From a virus (lineage: Duplodnaviria > Caudoviricetes): a DNA stretch of 31,958 nt. The notes under the pieces were generated by a model. It searched no databases and had not been told where the DNA came from. It saw nothing but the letters and a program-made list of their open reading frames with translations. This document shows positions 1 through 8,392 of this stretch, in pieces. A program made the position numbers and the translations under genes. Positions within the stretch are counted from its first letter, which is position 1. The number at the start of each line of letters is the position of its first letter. Location: positions 1 to 31,958 of IMG/VR virus record IMGVR_UViG_3300008961_000010; one strand, written 5' to 3'.

Positions 1-1332
1 ACCATACAAATCATTTTCTAAAACATTCTCTTTCATAAAGTTGATGTTCTCTTCAAGCACATCTAACATATCACCATCTGCTAATTGCAGAGTCATCCAA
101 TCTGGGTATCTCAAGTATGGAGTATCAAACCAAATTCTTTGTCTCTTTTTTCGAACAAAAGGAGTATGAACAACACCATCTCTGTCTGGTGGTTGAACAA
201 CTTTATCTTCTTGGTTTTCATAACCGAATTCTTCACGCAAGTCTAATATCATTTGTAAGAAACCTCGAAGATTTGGAATACTAAGTAACTGAAATGTGTT
301 AATGAACGATATTTCAGTCCCTGTTGTTTCACTTAGAACTCGTCTACAGTTTTGATACATTTTCTCAAAATCAAGACCGTCACGCATGTATTCTGCTTGT
401 TTGCCTACTCCATCTACACTTACGTATAAACTAAAATGTTTACATGCTGGTGCAACGTACCAGTGATTACCACTGTCTGGATTAAACTTATCTGTGTCTT
501 CCCATACACGAACTTCTTCAATTGCTTTCAATTTGTCTATAAACTTATCAAATAACGCATCTTGTGGTGGACACATATTTGAAGTTATACTTAAATCTAG
601 TGTTGCGTTTGGATTTTCGTTTACATAATCTAATACTTTGAATGTGTTGTTGTCCATTAGTGGCTCACCGCCAGTCATACGAAAAACTTTTAAATCTTGA
701 TACACTTTAGGAAACCATTCCCAAAATGCGGTGATGTATGGATTATCTCTACGAGAGACTTCTAACGGCATCATTCCTGTCTTACGTAGATAGTCTATGT
801 CATTGTGACCTGTTCCGTTTGAGAAACGAAATCCGCCATGTTCTTTTACGTCATCTTCCCATGCAGTAGACAAGTGAGGTGAGCAATAACTACATTTAAA
901 GTTACATGCTTGGTTAAAATTGACTTCGACATATCGTGGAGTAATGTCGTGGTCCCAAGGATTGTTTACAACTTCATCCCATGCGTCTTTTACCCACCAT
1001 TCACTTGAGCGATAGTGTCTATCGCTTAATCTACCACCCTCTGGTGGATTCGGAGCATCTTCTACATTCCAACAGTACTGACATCCTTCAGGACGAGTAC
1101 CCTCTTTCATTTGTTTTCGTTCTTGTAATTTGAACTGTGTATTATGTAATGCGTTCGGATTCGCTTTTAGTTCATCTAATGGAATCGCATGTGTTGGCGG
1201 ATGATAACAACTGTGTGTTCTTCCTTGCGGCAAGTGTAAACTTACCTGAAGCCATTTCGCCATGCACATAGACGGTGACAATGCATTTAAATTGTCTCGT
1301 GTGACAACAGCATCATCGTCATAATTAGACAT
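1..1332 (-). CDS. Radical SAM protein with N-terminal SPASM/twitch-like Cys cluster (3' end truncated by window edge)
   Basis: Not in the ORF track; translated by hand. ATG at 1332 follows the TAA of the upstream gene directly, and the frame stays open for 444 codons to base 1. It starts MSNYDDDAVVTRDNLNALSPSMCMAKWLQVSLHLPQGRTHSCYHPP. It has CxxxCxxC (C143-NFKCSY-C150), the GGEP motif (MTGGEPLM), ITSN and VSVDG. Additional Cys at C23, C42 and C84xxC87. Confidence 0.92.
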   Translation of the reverse strand, partial: MSNYDDDAVVTRDNLNALSPSMCMAKWLQVSLHLPQGRTHSCYHPPTHAIPLDELKANPNALHNTQFKLQERKQMKEGTRPEGCQYCWNVEDAPNPPEGGRLSDRHYRSSEWWVKDAWDEVVNNPWDHDITPRYVEVNFNQACNFKCSYCSPHLSTAWEDDVKEHGGFRFSNGTGHNDIDYLRKTGMMPLEVSRRDNPYITAFWEWFPKVYQDLKVFRMTGGEPLMDNNTFKVLDYVNENPNATLDLSITSNMCPPQDALFDKFIDKLKAIEEVRVWEDTDKFNPDSGNHWYVAPACKHFSLYVSVDGVGKQAEYMRDGLDFEKMYQNCRRVLSETTGTEISFINTFQLLSIPNLRGFLQMILDLREEFGYENQEDKVVQPPDRDGVVHTPFVRKKRQRIWFDTPYLRYPDWMTLQLADGDMLDVLEENINFMKENVLENDLYG

Positions 1333-2316
1333 TTAGTGTCCACTCCACCCTGTTGTCTTCTCTGTTGCTAGTGGATTTTCAACTCTAGGAGGATTTATAT
1401 AATTAGTCTTCCAAAATCTTCCTACTTCTGGTGTAGGGTCGCATATTTCCATATCTATCTTATCAATAAGAATATCTCCTATTCGCAAACACTCATCATA
1501 TAACTTATCATAGTCCCACTCAACGCCAGTTCGACTACACTTCTCTTCACCACCAGCAACGATAGGTAATACTTCTTCTTCAAAATATGACTTGAACCAG
1601 TCAAACGATGAGATGTTCTCTAATTTGTAGTCATCTACAAAGTTCACATCATAACACCCAAGTCTTGCTCCGTAACAGGCCCAGATACCATTCTCTACAT
1701 CTGCACCAACGCTACACCATATTGTTAGTCTTTGATAATTTTTATGCCATATTCTCTTTTTAAAGTCTTCTACTGGTACTTTTTTACCTTCATCTAGTGA
1801 CATCTTAACACCTTCACGATATCCTGCTCTAAATGCCTGAAATGGTGAACCCGCATTAAACACTTCTGAATAGATATTGTTCATTTGGATGTAGTTCAAG
1901 TCCCAACAGAAGTCTACTTTCTTTGTTTCGTCTTCTGCGTTCTCGTGTGTTTTCATCTCTAACACTAAATCTACTGGCCAACATTTAATGCCACCATTTC
2001 CGTAAACTAGTCCATTAACTGAATTCTTAGCACTCCAACTTATAATTGATACTGCTAAGTCTGTGTCGTCTGGAATTGATATTGCTAAATCAAAAAAACT
2101 TTCATCAACAATGTTATCGCCATCAATAGTAATAAATCTGTCAGTTTCACTTTGTCTTGCACATTCTTTATGTGCGTTATCAAATCCTTTTACTCCATCT
2201 ACTCTTTTAGCAAATGGGAACTTCATCATTAGATTCGCCCAATGTTCCTCTTTTGCTGGTTCGTCATAACTGATATAGAATACATCTAAGTCACCAAGAA
2301 TTATTTCTGTTTTCAT
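1333..2316 (-). CDS. Putative glycosyltransferase (GT-A-like fold), phage type
   Basis: N-terminal DVFYISYDEP, then AHKECA...FITIDGDN (DxD-type motif) and YGNGGIKCW. Start moved from the GTG at 2328 to the ATG at 2316, which has a GGAG Shine-Dalgarno and an ATGA overlap with the upstream stop. Confidence 0.65.
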   Translation of the reverse strand: MKTEIILGDLDVFYISYDEPAKEEHWANLMMKFPFAKRVDGVKGFDNAHKECARQSETDRFITIDGDNIVDESFFDLAISIPDDTDLAVSIISWSAKNSVNGLVYGNGGIKCWPVDLVLEMKTHENAEDETKKVDFCWDLNYIQMNNIYSEVFNAGSPFQAFRAGYREGVKMSLDEGKKVPVEDFKKRIWHKNYQRLTIWCSVGADVENGIWACYGARLGCYDVNFVDDYKLENISSFDWFKSYFEEEVLPIVAGGEEKCSRTGVEWDYDKLYDECLRIGDILIDKIDMEICDPTPEVGRFWKTNYINPPRVENPLATEKTTGWSGH

Positions 2317-2885
2317 ATTTTTCTCCACGAATACTTATCAAAATACTTCTGCGTATACACGCTTATACTGTATTTATTATCTACAAACTTAATGCGTTTT
2401 CCAGTAGATAATAGTTCAGAAAATGGTATTTCTACTATTTTGATTAAGAACTCTGGACGGTCCTTATAAGTTATAAAGAATACATGGTCAGTCTTCCCAG
2501 CAACTGTTACTAATTGATTTGCGTCAATTCCAATAGTTTTCTTTAGTTTTTCATTGGCCTCGAACACTAGTTCATTCTCTTCTAAAGAAACAAAGATATC
2601 AGCATCTTCTGTTTCTAGTACCTTATGTAACTGATTGTCTTTGTTTCTTCTTTTAATATCGACTGTCGATTTTACAATTTCATATACAAGAGGATTATCT
2701 GTTCTGCTTACTATATAGTCTGAGAATTTATAACTACCATTAAGAAAAGGCTCAATGTCTTTAATCTCAAACCAAGCAAATAAGTCTTTAGTATCTTGTA
2801 TCTGGTTAGTTATTTGTGAAATCTTGTTGAACCCATCAAAATAAACAGCACGACATGTATCAGTTTTGTTTATAAGACTTATCAT
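2313..2885 (-). CDS. Hypothetical protein (190 aa) in glycosyltransferase cluster
   Basis: ORF coupled by ATGA overlaps on both sides; no recognisable motif. Confidence 0.8.
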   Translation of the reverse strand: MISLINKTDTCRAVYFDGFNKISQITNQIQDTKDLFAWFEIKDIEPFLNGSYKFSDYIVSRTDNPLVYEIVKSTVDIKRRNKDNQLHKVLETEDADIFVSLEENELVFEANEKLKKTIGIDANQLVTVAGKTDHVFFITYKDRPEFLIKIVEIPFSELLSTGKRIKFVDNKYSISVYTQKYFDKYSWRKI

Positions 2886-3739
2886 GTTAATGCATCCTCG
2901 AGTTGTTTAATCTTATTCTCGTCCATCCAATTCTTCTCTACATAATGTACAGGCAATGTTTGAGTGAAATTACCAATCTTAACTTGTAAATCATCTCCCA
3001 ACTCACTTGTTATACTTTTTGTCCAATCACTGTCTATTTGATTTGACGGCACATTCTGTATCATACTTTTCATATGAACAAAAGTAGGAACATCTTTAAT
3101 ATCGTAATCACATGTTTCTGCTTCAATATCTAACAGTTGAATGGCTAATGCGTATGCTACATCGGCACTCATCCAATTCTGTCCTACACCCTTAAGAAAC
3201 TTATCAAAGTATACATTCCAATGAGTCATAACCAATTCAACCATTCTAAAGAATTCAAAAGTTAGTTCTGATTTCTTAAAGTATGTGAAGTTGCTATATA
3301 CGTTTGGTAGATTTAATTGAGTGAACTTCTTTCGATAATAGTCGCTTGTTACATCTTCGTTGCGAAATGTTTTAACATTTGTGCAACACCAAACATCTTT
3401 CTTAGCAAGATAATCCCACCAATAGTCTACGCTCTCAGTGAATATCATATCACTATCAAGTATAATAGTTTCATCATAAGGAGTCATATGTGGATATTTC
3501 CACTTGTTGTGTATCTTCCACTTATCTCCTTTGGCGTCATCATTCCAAGGAATATCAACTATAGAGTCAAATACTTTTTTGTGTTTGGCAGTTATTAGTT
3601 TCTTTGTTTCTTCATCTACACATACACATAGATTGCTATTCTCTTGTGTTGCTTTTAAACTGAGAGCAAGAGCATACGACATTTCTAAGTAATCAATGTC
3701 TCCACTATTCTGGGCAATAGTTATATATCCTTTGCTCAT
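2882..3739 (-). CDS. Putative glycosyltransferase (GT-A fold, GT8-like)
   Basis: MSKGYITIAQN start, YLEMSYALALSLK, TPYDETIILDSD (DxD), NFTYFKKS, DVAYALA, FVHMK. Paralogue of the adjacent 289-aa gene. Confidence 0.75.
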   Translation of the reverse strand: MSKGYITIAQNSGDIDYLEMSYALALSLKATQENSNLCVCVDEETKKLITAKHKKVFDSIVDIPWNDDAKGDKWKIHNKWKYPHMTPYDETIILDSDMIFTESVDYWWDYLAKKDVWCCTNVKTFRNEDVTSDYYRKKFTQLNLPNVYSNFTYFKKSELTFEFFRMVELVMTHWNVYFDKFLKGVGQNWMSADVAYALAIQLLDIEAETCDYDIKDVPTFVHMKSMIQNVPSNQIDSDWTKSITSELGDDLQVKIGNFTQTLPVHYVEKNWMDENKIKQLEDALT

Positions 3740-4605
3740 ACTTTTTCTCCGTTTGCTAACAGGTCATTAATGCATCTTGCGATTGCTTTCTTATTCATAA
3801 TATGTATGTCCACATTTTTAAACCTTGATAGTAGATGATTTGTAATTCTTTCAGCGTCAGCACAATACATAATAATATCATTATGCGAGTTGACTCTGTA
3901 AATATCATCAAGGTCAAAACTGTTATTCAGATAATTAAATGGTAATGATGGTACATCAAATGCAACACTTCCATTTAGTATATGTAATGCCATTGAAAAC
4001 GCAAAGTCATTTCTGAATAGATTACCACTGCAATTATATAGGTAATAGTAATACTTATAATTATATTTTATGTGACTTATGAGAGTGAATAGATTTTCGG
4101 CAAAATCAGATTTTTTAAAATAAAAAACTGTTGCCCAATACATAGGAATACTAAAGTTATCAAGGTATTCTATGTTCTCTTTATGACGTTCTGATACATC
4201 TCTGTATTTACAGTTAATCATCACATCGTTTTCACTATCCCATACTTGGTCTAAGACATTATTCATAATGAAATAGTCAGCATCTATAACCAATGTTTCG
4301 TCATACGGAGAGAGTTCATAGACCTCACTTCTACCCATATTCTTAAATGATGCGTACTCAGTTATATGGGTGGTATCTTTGAACAATCGTATATTGTCTG
4401 GTTGAAAACTATCACTAATAATTACGTTATCGAAATACTTGTTAATTAGTTTCTTATTTGATTTTAAAGTCTCAGTATTAGTTATTAGACATATCTCGTC
4501 AAATAACGAAAGATTCTTTCTGGCATAACCAGCACATGCACATGCCTGCTCGGCATAGTTGACGTACTCGTTATTCTGAGCAAATATTATAATACCCTTA
4601 CTCAT
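3736..4605 (-). CDS. Putative glycosyltransferase (GT-A fold, GT8-like)
   Basis: MSKGIIIFAQN start, LSPYDETLVIDAD (DxD), TVFYFKKS, RNDFAFSMA, IHIMNK. Paralogue of the 285-aa gene. Confidence 0.75.
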   Translation of the reverse strand: MSKGIIIFAQNNEYVNYAEQACACAGYARKNLSLFDEICLITNTETLKSNKKLINKYFDNVIISDSFQPDNIRLFKDTTHITEYASFKNMGRSEVYELSPYDETLVIDADYFIMNNVLDQVWDSENDVMINCKYRDVSERHKENIEYLDNFSIPMYWATVFYFKKSDFAENLFTLISHIKYNYKYYYYLYNCSGNLFRNDFAFSMALHILNGSVAFDVPSLPFNYLNNSFDLDDIYRVNSHNDIIMYCADAERITNHLLSRFKNVDIHIMNKKAIARCINDLLANGEKV

Positions 4606-4606
4606 A

Positions 4607-4990
4607 TTAAATTTCTAATACTTTTTCTATTTTACGAGAACTTCTTAATTTTTGGTATTCGTTATAATAGTCATTCACTACTTCGAAGTACAAACTAGAG
4701 ATATCATCAAGGAACTTTTCAGTATCTTCGATACGAACAGGTATGTCGTTTTTATCTAGTAGTGTTATCTCTGTTTTGCCATTTGAAACAACAAAATTCA
4801 TAAAAGATATGAGTGATTGGTCAACTGTGAATGAGCCACCAGCAGTACTATAACTTAGTAAGTTCTGTGTTTTGACTTTTAGATTGTTTTTGTTTAGATT
4901 GAAAGTCTTCATTGTATTAGAAAAGTCTAATGCTTTCTCTAATCTTTCCAAGTCCTTCTCTGATGCTACATCTTTAATACTCTCGGCCAT
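4607..4990 (-). CDS. Hypothetical protein (127 aa), first gene of the glycosyltransferase cluster
   Basis: ATG preceded by AGGAG and a sigma70-type promoter. Function unknown; its position after the fibre genes would also fit an assembly chaperone (inference). Confidence 0.8.
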   Translation of the reverse strand: MAESIKDVASEKDLERLEKALDFSNTMKTFNLNKNNLKVKTQNLLSYSTAGGSFTVDQSLISFMNFVVSNGKTEITLLDKNDIPVRIEDTEKFLDDISSLYFEVVNDYYNEYQKLRSSRKIEKVLEI

Positions 4991-5016
4991 AAATTTATTC
5001 TCCTATATTACTACTA

Positions 5017-5045
5017 ATAATACAGTAAAATCAACCAAAAGTCAA
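5017..5045 (-). promoter_or_regulatory. Sigma70-type promoter TTGACT-N17-TATTAT for the glycosyltransferase/radical SAM cluster
   Basis: Minus strand reads TTGACT tttggttgattttactg TATTAT in the 58-bp intergenic gap, followed by AGGAG and the ATG at 4990. Confidence 0.75.
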
Positions 5046-5048
5046 GTC

Positions 5049-6689
5049 TTAAAGTTCAGAAATATGGGAATAACTTGGGGATGTAAGTGTTACACCATCT
5101 GGAGTATCTTCAGTTATTAGTTCATCAATTGTTACAGTTAATGAACCAGCAACATAATCTGTTCCTATCCATGTTCCAGAATATGAACCATTTGTCCAAT
5201 TATCACCCGAAACTACATATGATGCAATGCCCGTTCCAGTTCCAGGTCCAGTTGCTGTAAATCTAGTAGCAGTAGTGGTTGCTGTGCCTGTTGCTACGTA
5301 ATCAGCAGTTCCTAAATTCTGTAATGTTCCTTCACCAGTACTTCCATCGGATAGTCCGGTTCCAGTTGCTGTAAATACTGTATTAAGATTATTATCAGCC
5401 GCTCCAATTGTAGTGAAGTCTAATGTTCCTGTTACTGTAATCTTGTAAGTCTTGCCGACTACGAATGTTCCACTTCTGAATACAGTCTCAGTCTGACCAG
5501 TGGCAGTAAAAGTTGTACCTATATTGTTATCTGCTGAACCTAATGTTGTAAAGTCTGTGCTACCAACTGCTGTTATTGTATAATCTTTTCCAATAACAAG
5601 TTCACTGCTTAAAGTCTCAGCGTTTCCAGTTGCAGTTGCTATGAACGTTCTGTTTATTGCATTATCTACAGCACCCAAAGACACCCAATCGACTGGATTA
5701 GTGGCGTCAGTATTAGATGTAATAACATATTCATCACCAACTACTAATGCAGTGTGTGCCACAACAGTACCACCCGTATGGTTGTCTGTCGCACCGATTG
5801 ATGTAAAGTCAGTTGTTCCTGCGTTAACGATGGTGTACTCGGTCCCAATCACAAAGTTGCCTGCAACCAAAGTAGACTCGTGTAATTCATTAAACCATAT
5901 TCTAATATCTATGTCGTAATTATTTGAAAGTTTTGCTTCAACGAATAATTGGTTGTCTGAATAATCACCAGTTCCACCTTTTTTGTATATTTGTTGATAA
6001 TTTGTGTTTAGACTACTAAATCCTGGTCCCTCGAATCCTACACCTGTAGATGCTTCTGTTATAGAATGTCTTATTTTGATAACGCCAATACTATCTAAGA
6101 GTGTTTTCCAATCTAAACTTTGTGCATGAGATACATCAATACTAGAAAGAATTGTGTCAATTCTAATTTCACCACCAGTATTGAAAAAATGTCTACGAGC
6201 ATCTGCGTCTATAAAGAGAACTCTTGTTTCGTAATATATTTGTTCGTTACTTGTCCAATAAGGAGTACCCGGAGTTCCTGATGGGTCGTAATATGTCTTG
6301 TTAGTGGATTTTTGGTTTGCGTTTACAGTCATGTATGCTACATCACTGTTTAGTTTGTTTCCTACTATGTTTGCTATATCAGTTGTTATAGTAGGAATAA
6401 TTGATAGAATATCGTCTGATGGCCAACTAGCATCTGTTGTACTAGTTGGCGAATATAAGTTTGTGCCTTGATGTTTGCCTGCATATAGCATCGCGGTTAA
6501 AAGTTCATCCCACAATGGTGTTGTTACTTGCTCATTTGCTTCAGCAACAACGAGATGATTTTGACCGTATCCCGAATTACCAACGCCTATGCCTACAATA
6601 TTATTAATATCTCCTACAAAAGAGTTAAAATTCGCCACCAATATTGCATTGTTTTGGTGATTTTTTGTTAAATAATAACTCTGTGGCAT
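5049..6689 (-). CDS. Virion structural/fibre-like protein (546 aa) with four inserted Gly/Thr-rich repeat domains
   Basis: Shares motifs with the adjacent 305-aa protein (GYGQ/GYNQ, FFNTGGEIR/WFTAGGELR, W..L...IG/LG, DYSDN/DYSAN). Lies in the late tail module. Carries FVIG..Y.I...GTTDFT.IGA..N repeats. Confidence 0.7.
   Translation of the reverse strand: MPQSYYLTKNHQNNAILVANFNSFVGDINNIVGIGVGNSGYGQNHLVVAEANEQVTTPLWDELLTAMLYAGKHQGTNLYSPTSTTDASWPSDDILSIIPTITTDIANIVGNKLNSDVAYMTVNANQKSTNKTYYDPSGTPGTPYWTSNEQIYYETRVLFIDADARRHFFNTGGEIRIDTILSSIDVSHAQSLDWKTLLDSIGVIKIRHSITEASTGVGFEGPGFSSLNTNYQQIYKKGGTGDYSDNQLFVEAKLSNNYDIDIRIWFNELHESTLVAGNFVIGTEYTIVNAGTTDFTSIGATDNHTGGTVVAHTALVVGDEYVITSNTDATNPVDWVSLGAVDNAINRTFIATATGNAETLSSELVIGKDYTITAVGSTDFTTLGSADNNIGTTFTATGQTETVFRSGTFVVGKTYKITVTGTLDFTTIGAADNNLNTVFTATGTGLSDGSTGEGTLQNLGTADYVATGTATTTATRFTATGPGTGTGIASYVVSGDNWTNGSYSGTWIGTDYVAGSLTVTIDELITEDTPDGVTLTSPSYSHISEL
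5220..5870 (-). repeat. Four nested copies of a ~45-aa 'FVIG-x-Y-x-I-GTTDFT-IGA-N-FTATG-GTG' protein module
   Basis: Units begin AGNFVIGTEY, ALVVGDEY, ELVIGKDY and GTFVVGKTY; the closing GT(A) segments are stacked after unit 4. Confidence 0.85.
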
Positions 6690-6713
6690 ATTACATCTTC
6701 CACAATTTAAAAA

Positions 6714-7631
6714 TTACAGGCTATCAGTAACAGTTGCAGTTGGGTTTGTTAAGTTAACTGAACCAGATGCATTTGTTAATTTCTTTGATGCGATTGTAAC
6801 TGTTGATGTTCCTGGAACAGTATCATAACCTGACCATGACCATGCACCACCATAACCAGAGCCACTGCCTGAACGGGCAACGTGAGCATCTGCTAAGTCA
6901 ATCTGAATGTAAAGGTCTGCACCACCATTGCCTGTCTTTGCTGAAACTTGAATATAGTTAGCACTATAATCAGAGTTATCTGCAAATTCTTTCTTATGAA
7001 CAACATAAGAAGTTGATATACTGTTGTGCTTATATCTTGTACGTGCATCAACTGAACTTGAATCTTCTGGTCTTACTGAGTAAGTAAAAGTTCCTAGTTC
7101 ACCACATAATTGATTCCATGAACTACCTTGGTCTTCGCCACCTGTAGCACTATGTGATGCTGTAACTCTAAGTTCGCCGCCTGCGGTAAACCAAGCATTC
7201 AAATTGGCCGCTGAACCAAATTCAAATTTAACAATTTGAGTTCTAGTTCCGTTCCAGTTTGATGCTGTTTCGCTTGTTTCGTTCTGTACGCTTGTGTCCC
7301 AGTCTGTGTAAGACCAAGGAGAATCAAAGCGTGTTTCAATATCAGAGATGAATGATGATATTTTTGAACCGTAATCAGTCCAAGTTATTGTATCACCAAC
7401 ATCGACTGCTGTGAATGGATTTGATATGTTGTAATAATTACTAATCTTCGCCGCCGCACTGTGTAGTGAATCATGGTACGCATCATCAATAGTATCACCA
7501 GTTGATGGATTTGCTGTTATCGTATGTGATTGGTTATAACCACCATGCACACCTGTGCCGTTTAAGATAGTATCCATAGCACTTCTTAGACTGTTTAAGT
7601 CTGTATTTGTAATTGTTGAGCCTGAAGCCAT
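6714..7631 (-). CDS. Virion structural/fibre-like protein (305 aa), paralogue of the 546-aa protein
   Basis: Ser/Thr/Gly-rich, AGGAG SD, motifs shared with the downstream gene, tail-module context. Confidence 0.7.
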   Translation of the reverse strand: MASGSTITNTDLNSLRSAMDTILNGTGVHGGYNQSHTITANPSTGDTIDDAYHDSLHSAAAKISNYYNISNPFTAVDVGDTITWTDYGSKISSFISDIETRFDSPWSYTDWDTSVQNETSETASNWNGTRTQIVKFEFGSAANLNAWFTAGGELRVTASHSATGGEDQGSSWNQLCGELGTFTYSVRPEDSSSVDARTRYKHNSISTSYVVHKKEFADNSDYSANYIQVSAKTGNGGADLYIQIDLADAHVARSGSGSGYGGAWSWSGYDTVPGTSTVTIASKKLTNASGSVNLTNPTATVTDSL

Positions 7632-7648
7632 TGTTATACTCCTAAAAT

Positions 7649-8308
7649 TTAACTAATTTGAATTGTAACTGTGTAATCAATTACAATTGTTCTATTTGCC
7701 GCAAGTAACACGGGATGGAAAGTTACATGCGTCATCATTAATGTTTTTGTTTTGTCCAGGGCACTACTGTTCGTCACACCCGAGAGAAGTCCGATTTCAT
7801 CAAATGTAAAAGCATCTGCTTGTGTCTCTGTTGCAGAACTATCACTTGTTGGAATCGCTACTCCTACAGCAGTTGCATAATCTGTGTGACTTACGTTTAC
7901 ACTAAATTTTACTTTTGCTGTGTTGTTTGGTACTAATTCTCCAGCCCCCATGTCCTCTCCTGGAAAATAGACAGTATTAACTGTTTCCTGTTCGTATGTA
8001 GGAACATACAATGAAGCATTGCTCGCCGTTATTGCTAGTTGGTCATACGTTGGGTAGACTCTTGGAGAACGATACGAAAGAGTAGAAGTTGAGGTACTTC
8101 CACCAGTGCCAAATTGCATCCAATTAATATGTGGGGCACTGCCACTAGCATTTACGCTTGTTGCTTTACCTGCCATAGCCGAAGCCATGACATATGCCAT
8201 ATTTCCTGGATGAATTGCATTTTTCTTTTGCACAAGCACATCACCACTCTCTTTATCATAGATTTTGAGCGTACCGACTACTTGAGATTTTATTACGTCT
8301 TTAAACAT
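7649..8308 (-). CDS. Virion structural protein, probable baseplate/fibre attachment component (219 aa)
   Basis: KNAIH...FGTGG...FTFDEIGL...THVTFHPV...IDYTVTI pattern resembles fibre-attachment N-terminal domains. Preceded by a T4-type late promoter. Confidence 0.6.
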   Translation of the reverse strand: MFKDVIKSQVVGTLKIYDKESGDVLVQKKNAIHPGNMAYVMASAMAGKATSVNASGSAPHINWMQFGTGGSTSTSTLSYRSPRVYPTYDQLAITASNASLYVPTYEQETVNTVYFPGEDMGAGELVPNNTAKVKFSVNVSHTDYATAVGVAIPTSDSSATETQADAFTFDEIGLLSGVTNSSALDKTKTLMMTHVTFHPVLLAANRTIVIDYTVTIQIS

Positions 8309-8337
8309 GTTATATCCGTCTCTTAGATTATATCTTA

Positions 8338-8361
8338 TATTTATCTACTATTGTATTTATA
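8338..8361 (-). promoter_or_regulatory. T4-type late promoter(s): TATAAATA (8361-8354) and GATAAATA (8345-8338)
   Basis: Exact T4 late consensus TATAAATA in the intergenic gap upstream of a structural gene; the gp55 gene is in the same window. Confidence 0.75.
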
Positions 8362-8392
8362 CATTTATGCAAATACTTCTGTTCTACTAAAA

